Shown here in pieces: positions 39,101 through 52,166 of a DNA stretch of 64,000 bases (within the stretch, counting starts at the first letter, position 1; each line of letters begins with the position of its first letter). The notes under the pieces are model-generated. The model saw only the letters and a list, made by a program, of their open reading frames with translations, made no database searches and was not told where the DNA came from. Source of the stretch: Adineta vaga (Eukaryota > Animalia > Rotifera); NCBI GenBank assembly GCA_021613535.1, contig CP075496.1, positions 13,640,001 to 13,704,000 on the forward strand, in the 5' to 3' direction. The position numbers and the translations under genes are program-made.

Positions 39101-41393
39101 ACGATTAGGTCAAACATCACCAGAAGATTTTTCACCAGATTTATTAACATCAACATCCATTGATTCAGCAGGAGCCATGCCTATTCATCATTTAAATAAT
39201 CATAATTCGTTGAATAATAATGATGATGATCTATTAAAATATCAACATCGACGAAAAAGTTCATCGAATCTTCTTTTACCACCACCTGAAGTTCGTCGTC
39301 AAGCATTACGACGTACTTGTGAAAAACGTCGTAGCTGTATAAATCAATCGAATGCTCGACGTGAACAACAATTACTTAATAATCTAACTGGTTTAGATGA
39401 CGAAAATTTACGAAATCCTCTAACAAAATTTTCAAGTTTATTACATAATTTCAATTCTAAAAGTGAAAATTCAAGTTTTGAACGAAGTCTAGAGACAGAT
39501 TTTGATATGCAATCAGATACAAGTAGTCGAGGGCCGAATGATCAATTTACATCAATTGAATCATCCGGAAATGAAAATGCTCTACCTGATGTTAATAATC
39601 GTTTTATAACAAATCGTCGACAACAACCACCACAACAATCATCACCACAAATATCACCACAACAAGATGATAGTGGTTATAAATCATTAGAAAGTCAAAA
39701 TAGTCAAAATCGAACAATAAGTTTAGATTGGATGTCAACAGATGGTGGTGAAAGTGTTATTTATGTAGGTGATTCACGAATACAACAAAGAAGTGTCGAT
39801 GTAAAAGATTTAGATGAAGATTTAGCTGAACAACAACAACAACAGAATCTATTAAATCATAATCGGTAATGATGAAACATTGTTACAATATGAAACGATC
39901 TCACCTTTTTTTATTATTATAGACGTAGTCCAAAACTTCTTCATACTGGTCTTCAACATTCCTATCAAGAATCGTCGAAAAATCTTATTCTACCAAATTC
40001 TTCTCATTCTCCTATGATGCAACATCGTAGTTTATCAACGAATATTCCATTTGTTGATCATTCAAAACCAAGCCCTATTAATCTTTCAGTTACATCATAT
40101 TTAAATCCAATGAATTCTTCGACGAATAATTCAAATAAATTGACAACATCTACATCATTCATTCGAACTGCAAGTAAAAAACGACGAGAATTCGGAAAAG
40201 ATAAAAAACATGCACAATCAAATGTTGGTTTTTCTTCTTTAACTAATGATGAACATCAAACAAATGTCCATCAAGTAAGATTTAAATATTTTCCTTTTTT
40301 TTTATAAGTAGTCGTATTTCTACATTTAATTAGATTAATGAAACAAATATGAAATCTTCATCTCTACACGTTCGACATCCTGATCTTCGTCGAACGAGAT
40401 CAGATGGTTCAAGAAATCTTCCACAAAACCATGAAGGTTAATTTCTATTCTTCCTTAACATGACACACATATATTCTTATCCTATTTTCAGTTGATTCTT
40501 CAACAAACGAATCAACAGCAAATACAAATAGTCGTTTATCATCAAGTGCCGATGGTTTACCTGTTTCACATTCTTCTCCACATCCTATTCGTCAACATCT
40601 TTCTCCAAATATAACTGATATACAAAATTCACGTCATATTCTTCAACGTTCACCATCTTCAACCACCTCACCTGTAACATTGACACCTCACGTTGAAGCA
40701 TTTCGTTCTCAACGTGGTTCACTTTCATTTGATACACATGCACCATCGAACACATCTTCATCCCCAACGAAAATCAAAGCTCCTCCAACAACATATTCGA
40801 TCTTTCCGACATGTATAACTAAACCACGTTTTAAATTCAGTATGGTACGTGATTCAGCAATGGCTAGTTTTGGTCATAGTACACCGGTGTATTCAATGCC
40901 AATCACACGAGATTATAGTATTGATAAGAAAACGAATCGAATTGTCAATGAATTTCTTATGCATGATCCCACATTAGATGGAAAGAAGAACATTTTAGAT
41001 GAAAGTTCACATAGAGTGACACCAAAACGTCATCATCATCGAATACGACCGAAAACATTTGATGAAACAACAACAACAACTTCACCAAAACAATCTCGTT
41101 CAACTGTAAATAAACAACGCCATCAAAATTCTCCACAAACAAATATACGTAAACATTCTCAATATCATTATCCATCTGTACATCTTTCGGATAATGTCGA
41201 ACAAGGAGAAAAGGTAGAAGAAGAAGAAGAAGAAGATGACGACGACGACGACGGTGAAGAAGAAGACAGTAGTGATCCTGCTACACCTGCATTATTATCT
41301 CACCAACAATCCATAGCTACAACTCGACGAGACATTAGTATGGCATCGGGATCTCCATCAATAATTATCACCGGTGATGATAGTGGAAGTTAA
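36187..41393 (+). CDS. Single-pass (type III) membrane protein with a long disordered cytoplasmic tail
   Basis: ATG|GTAAG at 36187-36189 joins exon ~37249-37379 (MSPRTQLNHRSLAFIVLITGILGGLLIVFSILLLCKYCLNRR), then several Ser/Gln/Arg-rich exons to TAA 41393. Requires a 19-nt micro-exon at 37978-37996. Confidence 0.7.
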
Positions 41394-42181
41394 AAAAAAG
41401 ATCAAAACAAAAAAATTCGTTTTGTTTTTCTATGTATATAGTATTCTCATCATGTTGCGTCTATTTTTCTATAATATATCTATTGAAAAGTTTGTTTTAT
41501 TTTTGTTGCTTGATACATTCGGTTTTTCATTGTTTGTGTGTGTTGATGTACGGTTACTAAAACTATCTCTACATACATATATTTTATGATTTATCATGAA
41601 AAAATCGGTCTGTATAATAAAAATGATTATGGTTGCTTTCAATCAACTTAAAAATAATTACTTTTTCTTTGTACAATGAAAATTCTCTATAGAGATTAGA
41701 TTTCTTCTTAGACAACTGTTTTACATACGTAGTAAATGTGTTTTCACGATATCTGTAGATCCCTAGTGAATAGGATAGCATGGCATTTCTTATCATTACC
41801 TTTCTTCATATTAAGTTTTAATAGCGAAACATGAATAGTTATTAGGATATAGTAAAATCTCTCTCTTTCTTATAAATACGATTAGACTTTTCAAAAGTCT
41901 TTATCATATAGAATTATATAAGAATGTTCACTAAAGGGAGGTTCATTTCTAGCAAAAACTAGTATCTGAGAGTCTCAAAACTGTCCACTATGAGAATTTT
42001 TACTTTACTCGCACTTAAATCATTAGGGATTGGACATGATTGAAATGTCACTGTGCTCTTCTTTTGTATGCAAAAACAATCGATGATAAAAATAGAATCT
42101 TAATCGAAAGGACAAAACAGGAAGTGTAATTATGAAAAAATAAAGTGAAACATTTCCTTTTTTTTACTGTCATTATACGAA

Positions 42182-44166
42182 TCATTTATGTTCATTGAAA
42201 TACCGAGTTTCTATACGTTTGATGACTATTTGTAATTTTTGTTGATTGAAAGAAAGTTTCTGAGCAGATGATAAAGCATGATATTTATCGGTAGGTAACA
42301 TTCGTCTAATAACTTCTTGTTCTGCCAATTTCAAATCGAATTGATAGATTTGAAGACTTCTTTTTGTTTGTTCATTTAATATTTGACAAATTGTTTCGTC
42401 ACCATGTGTTACTATAAATTTAAAGAGAATTGAATGTCATTATTCATGCTTGAATACAAAGTACTTCGATTGCATGCGTTTGCTATTGAAGAAAGAAGAT
42501 CACGAACTGGATTCTTTGTTTGAGTAACTGACGAAACTAAAAGTCCAAAGTCATGAAGAGTTCTATTATTCTCGACAAACTTTGAATGTGTTCAAGTACA
42601 TTGGATTTTGAGGATAAATCAAGAAGAAAGAAACGAAACAGAATAGATTGTAATTGATGTGTTTCAATCAAACGCGGTTTATTGTTTAAAACTGATTGAA
42701 TCTCTGATAACTACAAAGATCATATTTGTAATTATAAAAAATTTCAATTATTCATGTCAAACCTGTTTACATTCGACTAATTGATCTTTCAATATTAAAA
42801 TAATTGCTGTTGCAATAGCTGGAAATAATTCATCATGAAAATTCGGTATATCATTGCTTATTAAATATTGATCCCAAACAAACAATAAAGGATCCATTGA
42901 CAAGCAATCTAAATAATTCCTTATCAATCAAATATTATACATCAACTTACCAATAAATAGATATTGAAACCAAGTGTCACAACATTTTCTCAACAGATAA
43001 TGATTGTCAATATTAGTTGAATTTGAATCTGAAAAGAACAAACATTCTTGTTGAAGAATAGTTTGAAAATGATTGTAAATTATTGGATCAATTCTGTTTA
43101 AATGATAATCAATTTTACGAAACCATAGATCCATCGAATTCTAAATAAGATAACAAAACAAATCATTTGAAATCTATGTTCATATTTTGATGTTTTTACA
43201 TTGAAATCAATGTATCGTAATACTATTGGAAGTATATCCATAAATGTTCGATACATTTCAATTGAATCTGCTAGAAATAGTTCATAAGATCTAACAGATA
43301 ATAGTATAGAAGAAATATTCAATTCGATTTACTTGGAAAGACATGATTTTTGTGCAAGAAGAATTGGAATAACGTAATAATATTCTGCTTTAGTTAAATC
43401 ACGTTGATTAATAAAATGACAACGATAATAAGAAAGAGTACTTTTCATTGCTTTCATACTTTCTAATACAAAATGTGTTTGTCTTCTCGTTTGGTTGAAA
43501 GATGTAGAGATAATATTTACTTGAACAGTTTTTTATTTTTGATGCAAGCGGTAACAATGAAACGAAATGATCACATTTTTGTTGAATTTCAATATCCATT
43601 GGAGAGAAAATACTTTGAGGATGATTTGATAGATCATCAAGAAATTTCTGACGGTCTACGAATACAAAAAGACAAAGGAGAAGAAGTCTTTTTTTGGTCA
43701 TAACTTACGATGAGCATTGGATAAATATAAGTACCAACTAATAGAACGTATTGGTTGCGGTAATGTATAATTGAAGAAAGCATAGAATTTTGATTTTTCA
43801 TTAGACCAATTGTGTAAAAGAGCAATAATATCATCACTGATCTTATTCAGATTATCATTCATTGTAGTTGATTGCGTCGAAATAACTATAATGAATCATG
43901 GAAGATATTGATCAGTTGAAAGGATTATACCTTCTTCTATAGAAATTGTTTGCCATTGTCGTGTAATTTTATCAAGGACATGATGTTTTTCAACATTTGA
44001 TAAATGAATAAACTTTTGTATTGATTGATCATTGACATGATGAATTGCTATTGCTAAATGATACCATCCCTATAAGAATCATCAATTTGATCAAATGTTT
44101 TTTATGTTATTTTATTCAGAGAAAAACCTGTGAATTGATATTATGATTTGAATTGTCTTTCGACAT
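42182..44166 (-). CDS. Rab-GAP TBC-like domain protein (divergent)
   Basis: Multi-exon ORF from MSKDNSNHN to ..FNEHK*; HLNRIDPIIYNHF..., CDTWFQYLFIGCLS...LLFVWDQYL...[13 protein letters not shown] resemble TBC C-terminal helices. Confidence 0.55.
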
Positions 44167-44364
44167 CGTCTTATTCTTTTTGATGTTATCTTTGTTGTTT
44201 GAAGAAATTTAGTTTAAGTTAGGAATGGGAGGCATCTATTGAAAGAAAGAAGAATGGGAAGAAAAGAGGTAATGTTAAGTGAAATAAAATGAAGAATGGT
44301 TGAAGAAAAAGAATACAATACGTCAAAGTAGAAGATTCTTTTCTTGAAAAAAAGAGAGAAAGAA

Positions 44365-47300
44365 ATGACATCAACATTACGATCAGCTGCTTCTGTACGT
44401 ACTGGTGTTTCAGGTGGTGGACGATCTGGTGGACAAGCATCAGGTGTAACACGAAAAACTGCACCTACCACACGATCTGCTCGTGGTTATCCAAAACTTA
44501 TAGAAAATGATCAAGATGTAACACCAAAACGTCTGATAGATCCGGAACAATACTTTAATAAAGTCAAAGATTCCGTTCTTACAAATGATGCTTCATCTAC
44601 TGTATGTATTCGAATCTGTCACAAAGAAATCTCATTTCTAATTGATTTAGCCAAGTGAAACAACGTATTCAACTGCTCAACCACAAGTTTTCTCTGCAAC
44701 AAAGTAAATAAATCAGAACACTTCAAACATATATATTTATGCATTGACTATTTCTTATAGATCATTGATGGGTCATAGTCATGGCGGAGCAGCAAATTCA
44801 CATGGAACTGATGCTGAAAGTTTTCCATCAGATCATGATACAGATCAACTTGCTCAAAGTGTTGCTACACATGCTGTTGGAGAAGGTAAATATCGATAAA
44901 TTGAATCATCAATGAATGCATTTCTATGAATATTTATAGATGAAACTTTATTATCCATTGATGGAGAAGCATCTCAGCCATTATTAACTCTTACTGAAAC
45001 GGAGACCATGTTTATTTTAAGTATCGATAGTTATATTGTTGCAAATGATGCAACAGATTTAGAAACAATTCAAAAACAAAATGAACGATATGTTGAAGTA
45101 AAATGAAGAGTTTCTTTTTTCGAACAGAAAAAAATTCTACGTTGTAATCTATTCTCTAGTTATGTAAAAGTCGACAGGGTAGTGATGTATTTAGTGATCG
45201 TGGTATGAATACATTCAATAATACGGTTAAAAATAAAGAAGTTCAATCGGAAAAAATCTATTCTCAAGTATATTAATATTATCGAAGAAATATAGAATAA
45301 AACATTAAATTTTCTTTTCATAGAGTCGAGAAGCTTATGCATCAATAGCAGATATGTATGATTCTGAACGAGGTGAAAGTAAAAGTATGTTTTCATTCAA
45401 TTTCGATAAATATCAATACAATCCTATTGACCATTTAGTTATTCTTGGCAAGAGTACACACGATACACAAACACAAGATGAACCATTGACTCATACTGGT
45501 TTGTTGTTTATCCAAAAGAAATTTTTGATGAATTAATACATGCTTTTTCTGTTTACAGATGTAACACGTTCGGTAAGTTCAGGAGTTGATAAGTCACATG
45601 GTACACGTCTTTCCGAACAATCTATTGATGAAACAATGAGAAAACAAGCAGTAACAAAGAGTACAAATGAACAAGTTGAAGATCCTCAATTATTCGATGT
45701 AAACTTTATTGTAAAACTAATTGAAAAATACTCGAATTCAATATCTTTTAGTCATCGAAAATTGCTATGAGTGTGTTTGTTATGGAACGAATACTTAATT
45801 CAAATACAAATCAATTAAAACAAGCTGTTTATCGTGGATTAACTCCCTTAACAGACAGAGAAGAAAGTAAATTAAGAAAAAAAAAGATTCAATCATCTTT
45901 CATTTTACGTTTAGAGACTATTGCGTATTCTGGTTTAACTCTTGATAAATTATTCGGTAAGTAAAATCGAAATAGAATATTGATGACAATCAAGTTTTTG
46001 AATAGCTTATTCTGCTGATCTAACGAATAATAAAAATGTAAGTGCATTAGCATGGAATAAGAAAAATTCGGATCTATTAGCTGTTGGTTATGGGCCTTTT
46101 GAATATAATGATCAACGTGATGGTCTAGTTTGTTGTTGGTGTTTGAAAAATCAAGAGGTATGTATTTCTTTAGAAATTATTTCTTCAATAGATTTGTTTA
46201 TTTTAGTATCCTGAAAGATACTATCATACACCATCAGCTGTAACAACAATTGCTTTTTCTGTGAAATTTCCATCATTATTAGCTGTAAGAATTGTATTAC
46301 TTTCTATTCCGAAGTTATATTTACTTTCTGCTATTATAGGTTGGTCTTTTCGATGGTACAGTTAATGTTTATAATGTACAAAATAATGTTGATAAACCAT
46401 TACTTGATACTGAGTATGTAATAATTTTCTTGTTTTGTAATTTTATTTTGTTTTCTTTTGATATTGAATAGAGAAGTTCCGGGTAAACATACAGCACCTG
46501 TTTGGCAACTCTATTGGTTAGGAGTAGAAAAAAGTCGTGATGATGATACTGGCGAAGTGTTGATGTCGGTTTCTACTGGTTTGTTTTGTCTTATTTTCTA
46601 TAAGTTTGCTTATTCTGATTTTGTATTTGAAGATGGTCGAGTAACTCAATGGTTATTACGTAAAGGTTTCGAATCGAATGGTAAATGAATCAAACGTAAT
46701 TCTGAAAGATTGATTTCATTTTTTGATGAATTTTATTTAGATTTTATGAAATTAAAACGTATATTAACTAAACAAACAATTCAAAGACGTGATAATTCAA
46801 GAGAACCAAGAATATCCAAATCAGAAAATTTATTATATCGTGCATCGGGTGGTCTTTGTTTTGATGTTTGTCCAGATGATTCCACTATGTATGTAAAACA
46901 ACTCTTGAATCAATTCATATATTCATATATTCATATGTTTTTAGATATCTATGTGGTACAGAAGAAGGTCTTATTCATCGGTGTTCATTCGCAAATAATG
47001 AACAATATTTAGATACTTATTCCGGACATTCAGTAATTGGAGATAGTTGAATGAGAATTTAAGATATGTTATTTTGTTTTGTAATTAGGGTCCAATTTAT
47101 CGTCTAGTTTGGAGTCCTTTAGCTAAGGATGTTTTTCTTTCATCATCTGCTGATTGGAGTGTATCATTATGGACAATTGATCGAACTCAGCCATGTATTA
47201 CATTTTCATCAAGAAAGGTATTGATCAATACTTTTCTATGAAAGAAACAATGCTTTTTTTATTCTTTAGAAACCAGTCTTTGATATTTGTTGGTCACCAA

Positions 47301-47865
47301 AATCAGCAACAATGTTTTGTTGTGCTAATGAAGACGCTGTAGAAGTATGGGATATATCACGAAATACGTAAGTCTATGATAGGTTGTTCTGATCACGATA
47401 GATGAAATATTTTCGAAGAGTTTAGATTTATCTATGAATAGAGATTGTCATTAAGATTTCGATATCATATGTCTTTTTTCTTTTACTAGACTTGAACCAA
47501 TCGATGTTATATTAACTACACATCCATATATATTCACTTCAATTACCTATGCTCCCAACTCTGAAGTATTCTTTTCTTCTTCTTTTTGCTAATTCCTAAA
47601 TCGTCTTTCTTTCTTTAAGTGTGTACTTGCTGGTACTAACCTTGGATCAGTTGTCGTTTACAATTTAACCAATCTTCCAAAACCAACAGACGTATGTTTA
47701 TCTTTCTCCATTCGCTACAATGAAAGATTTCATTGATTTTTTTTCTTCTCATAGGCCAATGAATTAATGAACATCATCAAACAACAGACACATCAAATAT
47801 CTGTATCTGAAGATCCAACTGTCGAAGCAGCTTCTGCTATGAAACCCAAAGAAAATATTCCGTAA
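44365..47865 (+). CDS. DNAI4: Axonemal dynein intermediate chain (WD40), DNAI4/WDR78-like
   Basis: LTLTETET, VMERILNSN, NVSALAWNKKNSDLLAVGYG...GLVCCWCLKNQEYPERYY, KHTAPVWQL.W, DGRVTQWLLRKG, YLCGTEEGLIHRC, FLSSSADW, WSPKSATMF. Confidence 0.88.
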
Positions 47866-48071
47866 CTAATGAACTAAAACAAAGATAAGTTTGTCGAATT
47901 TTTACTACGTTTTTATTAAATAAGAAAGAACGAATTACATATCTGCCGAAACAGAATACAAAGAAGAAAAAGTCACCGGGATTGTCATCTCATTTTAGTT
48001 CTGCATCAAAATTGATTTAATAAAACTAAGAAACGTATTCGTTGAATCGAATATGAAACTTTCTCAATCGA

Positions 48072-49351
48072 TTAAAATACCGTTGAACTATTTGTTAAAT
48101 ATTCAATTACACCTCGATATGTTGTAAATGCATAATCTATATCTTGTGGAAGAGAAAGAAATCGAAAATATTCGGTATAATATTCATGTGCAGCTAGATG
48201 CATCGTCGAATTTGTATCTGCTGTTAATATTAATTGACAGATGAGATCAATAAATGCAGTTAACGTTTCATCTGCTGCCATAGGCATTGCATTTGATGAT
48301 GAATGATAAGTAACAGCTGAATTCTTTGCATCAACAACCATTAATGATTTTGCTGCAATAGTTAAATCCAGTGTCGAACGAATACATTTCGCTTTTTCAA
48401 AAGATGTTTTAAGATCATCAAGTTTTTTTAATTCACTCAAAGCACTTTGATTAGAATTGGAAGGAAATTCATTGGAATTTGTTCGTTGTTTTCTTTGTCG
48501 TATTCGAATATTTTCCAAGAGAAGTTTATCTTTAGTTTCTGTATGTTGAATTATAGTTGGCCAAACTTTTGTATAAGTATTTCCTGTAATATAAATCTCA
48601 CTAGCTAATTCAATATCACGATCTTCATATGGTCGATTTAATAATTTGTATGATTCTTGAAGAAATTGAAGACGTAATTGACGAAGTTTATCAATGGCAT
48701 TGTTAACAAATTTCGGTAGAATAACATAAGTTTCATTAAATAAAAATAATGCCGTACGTAAACGAGCAAATGCAGGTTCAATTTGACGAAGAGAATCAAG
48801 AAACATAAATGATGATTCATAACTACCTGCTGATGCATTGAATCGACTTACCTAGAAAAAAGAATTTTATGTAGTAAAACAAAAAGATAAGAAAACAAAT
48901 TTACTGAAGGTAATAGAGGTCTAATTATTGTTTTAAATGAAGTTGTATTTGGTACATGTTCTAATCCATTAAGATCAATTAATGGTTGTTCAATGATTAA
49001 TATACTATAAGCACGTTGTCGAATACTATCACGAACATCTTCTTGACTTAAAATTTTTATACGTTTTTCACCTACACCTTCTTTTTTATAGAAAAATCGT
49101 ATTGTACGATTATTATCAAATTCAATTTCATATTTATCATTCAAAGAAACATGTTTACGTAAATACATTGGTGATGGACGGAAAATATGTGATTCAAAAG
49201 CATCACGTTTTAATATAACAGTATTTAAATATTGAGGTATAACAACAATCGAACAAGCTTCTTGAACTTTTGTATATAAATCGGAAAAATTTGATGTTAA
49301 TTGTTGATAAAATAGAAGATCTTCAAGTTCGGGAATGTCCTGTTGAGCCAT
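48072..49351 (-). CDS. VPS9-domain protein resembling the N-terminal half of ANKRD27/VARP
   Basis: LEDLLFYQQL...IVVIP...FESHIF and IKILSQE...ILIIEQPL match the VARP N-terminus; MAADETL and DYAFTTYRGVIEYL match VPS9 motifs; 2 exons. Confidence 0.75.
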
Positions 49352-49691
49352 ATCTAATATAGAAATAAAAACGAATTAGTTAAAAGTAAATAGAATAGAA
49401 TAAGAAGAACAAAACGAAACGGAGTTACTATCAATGTGAGAAAAGTCATTTTACATTGATTTGATAGAATGATGAACCAATTAGAATTCAAAGTACTGTG
49501 TTTGATTATTTGAAAACAGATTGTCTGTTTTATTTGCTAACTCATATCTCTTTGAGATATGATAAAATGAAAAAGAATACTTTGTTCGAAGTAAGATGAA
49601 TAAGAAAAGTGTTATCGAAGAGTCAAAAAACCGAAGCAGATAGAAGGAAGAGCAAATGAGTACATATGTAATTCTAAATTTTAGATTGTAA

Positions 49692-51977
49692 ATGACTTCT
49701 GTCAATTCAGTAGATACAAATGAAGATATAATAACAACAAATGAACAATCACGATTACTTATCAAGGACCACAGCAGACATTTTCATCAATAAATCGTAA
49801 TGGACCAAGACATTCCATTAGTTGGGTAAAGTTTTCTTTAAATTTTTCAATCAATTGAAAATGAATTTTTTGTTCATTTAGGAATTTCCAGGACGATGGG
49901 GTGAGATCAAACGACTTGATCTATCTGAATATGCCGCAGATTCCATTACATCATCAGCAGCATTGAATGATGTCTATGTTGTTTCAGCATCACCAACAAC
50001 AACAACGACAACGACAGCAGCAGTAATTCCTTTAAGAAATCGTCTTCGAAATTTAGTTCGAAAAAACCCTGATACTACCGATAAAGATAAAAATCATAAA
50101 TTATTAGGTGAATGGCGTGCAACTGCCATTGCTGGTAATGATATTTCGTCTTCATGTCTTTATACAGCTGGTATTTGTGCACAACGAGGTAATACGAAAT
50201 GAATCCATATATTTTTTTTCTCATTTCTTCTTGCCTTTTCTAGCTGGTCAATATTCGTTTATATCATTGTATCTCGTAGCTTTAGTTCTTTATTTATATC
50301 GAAATATTTATTCCGAAGTTGGTCTTGCACTTCCATTAAATGGTGGTGCATACAACGTTTTACTAAATTGTACATCAAAATTTATTGCTTCCATTGCTGC
50401 TTGTCTTACATTAGTTTCATATATTGCAACAGCTGTTGTTTCGGCAAGTTCAGCAATAGCTTATGGACAAAATCTTTGGTCGGGATTAGATCCTTCATGG
50501 GCAGTTATGGCATTATTAGGTTTTTTTTGTTTGATTACTTTATTTGGTTTAAAAGAATCAGCTAATGTTGCATTGGTAATATTCGTAATACATATTGGTA
50601 CAATGACGATCTTATTAGTGATGTGTTTGTATAAATTAATGGAATCTTATGATTCAATAATAATGTTTAAAAAGAATTGGGCAACAAAACCATTAGAAAA
50701 TATACCGACGGATATTTATTATGGATTTGCATTAGCTTTATTAGGTGTCAGTGGTTTTGAAACTTCATCAAATTATATTGAAGAACAAGGACCAGGTATA
50801 TTTCCAAAAACATTACGGAATATGTGGTATGTGGTTTCATTATTTAATCCATGTAAGTCATTCATTCAAACTTAATATTTTTTTTTGTTATATATAGTTT
50901 TTAGTATTTGCTTTATTATCTTTATTTATTATGCCAATGGATATAATCCGTCAACATCGTGATGATCTTCTAGCGGCAATGGGTACGGCAACAAGTCAAC
51001 CACCTTCATCGATATGGTTAAATAAATTAATATCAGCTGATGCATTACTTGTTTTATCTGGTTCTGTATTAACTTCATATGTTGGTATAACTGGTTTAAT
51101 CCGTCGTATGAGTTATGATCGATGTTTACCTATGTTTTTATCTTATACAAATCCATGGCGTAAAACAAATCATTTTATCATAATTGGCTTTTTTCTTGTA
51201 ACAAGTTTACTTCATTTTCTTGTTCGTGGAAATTTAGAAAGTCTTGCTGGAGTTTATACTATGTCATTTTTAAGTGTCATGTCTTTATTTGCCATAGGGA
51301 ATATGATATTAAAATATAAACGTGGAACATTACCACGAACAATCTATGCACCATGGCCACATGTGATACTTGGATTTCTTTTCGTTCTTGTTGGTCTTAT
51401 TGGTGAAATAATATTAAATTTTCAACATATCAGTTATTTTATTCTCTATTTTGGTATAACATTTCTTATTGTTATGTTAATGTTCTCAAGAAATCGCGTG
51501 TTAAAATTATTTATGTATTTTGGTGGACCAAAAAGTTGGAAAGACATGTTAAATCGACAATATAAGAGAATTGAAGATCGTCCAATGTTATTTTTTACAC
51601 GAACTGATGATCCATCAGTTTTAAATAAAGCAATTTTATATGTTCGTGAAAATGAAGTGACAAATTTTCTAAAAATTTGTCATGTTTATGAACATGAGGA
51701 AGATATTCCTGCTTCATTAGAAGCAAATGTGAAATTTCTTGATCGACAATATCCAAAGATGTGTATTGATTTAGTAAGAGAAATGATTATATCATTTTAG
51801 AAACGATTTGTTTTGTTTTAGTTATTAGTTAAAGGTCGATTTGATCCTCCGACAGTGAAAATTCTTAGTGAACGACTTGATATTCCAACAAATTTTATGT
51901 TTATTACCTGCCCTGCAGGAAATTTTTCACATCATCTAGCAGAAATGGGTGGTATACGATTAATAACTCATTCCTAA
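49692..51977 (+). CDS. APC-superfamily amino acid permease (non-metazoan type)
   Basis: LGEWRATAIAGNDISSSCLY, ALPLNGGAYNVLLN, LGVSGFETSSNYIEEQ..GIFPKTLRNMW, VLSGSVLTSYVG, LAGVYTMSFL, LNKAILYVRENE, IPTNFMFI.CP; about 12 TMs. First exon ambiguous (see findings). Confidence 0.85.
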
Positions 51978-52166
51978 ATTGATACAAATTTTTCTATTTT
52001 GTCAGATTTATCGAATAAATTTCTTCGTTTTTTTTTCATTTTGCATAAATTAGTTCATTTGTGATTCGATGCTTTTCTTATAATCGTTTAGTTATTTTTA
52101 TAAAAGAATTATTTCAAAACAAAGATCAAGAATAACAAAGAAAATCTCTTGGTTCTTTTTTCCTTT

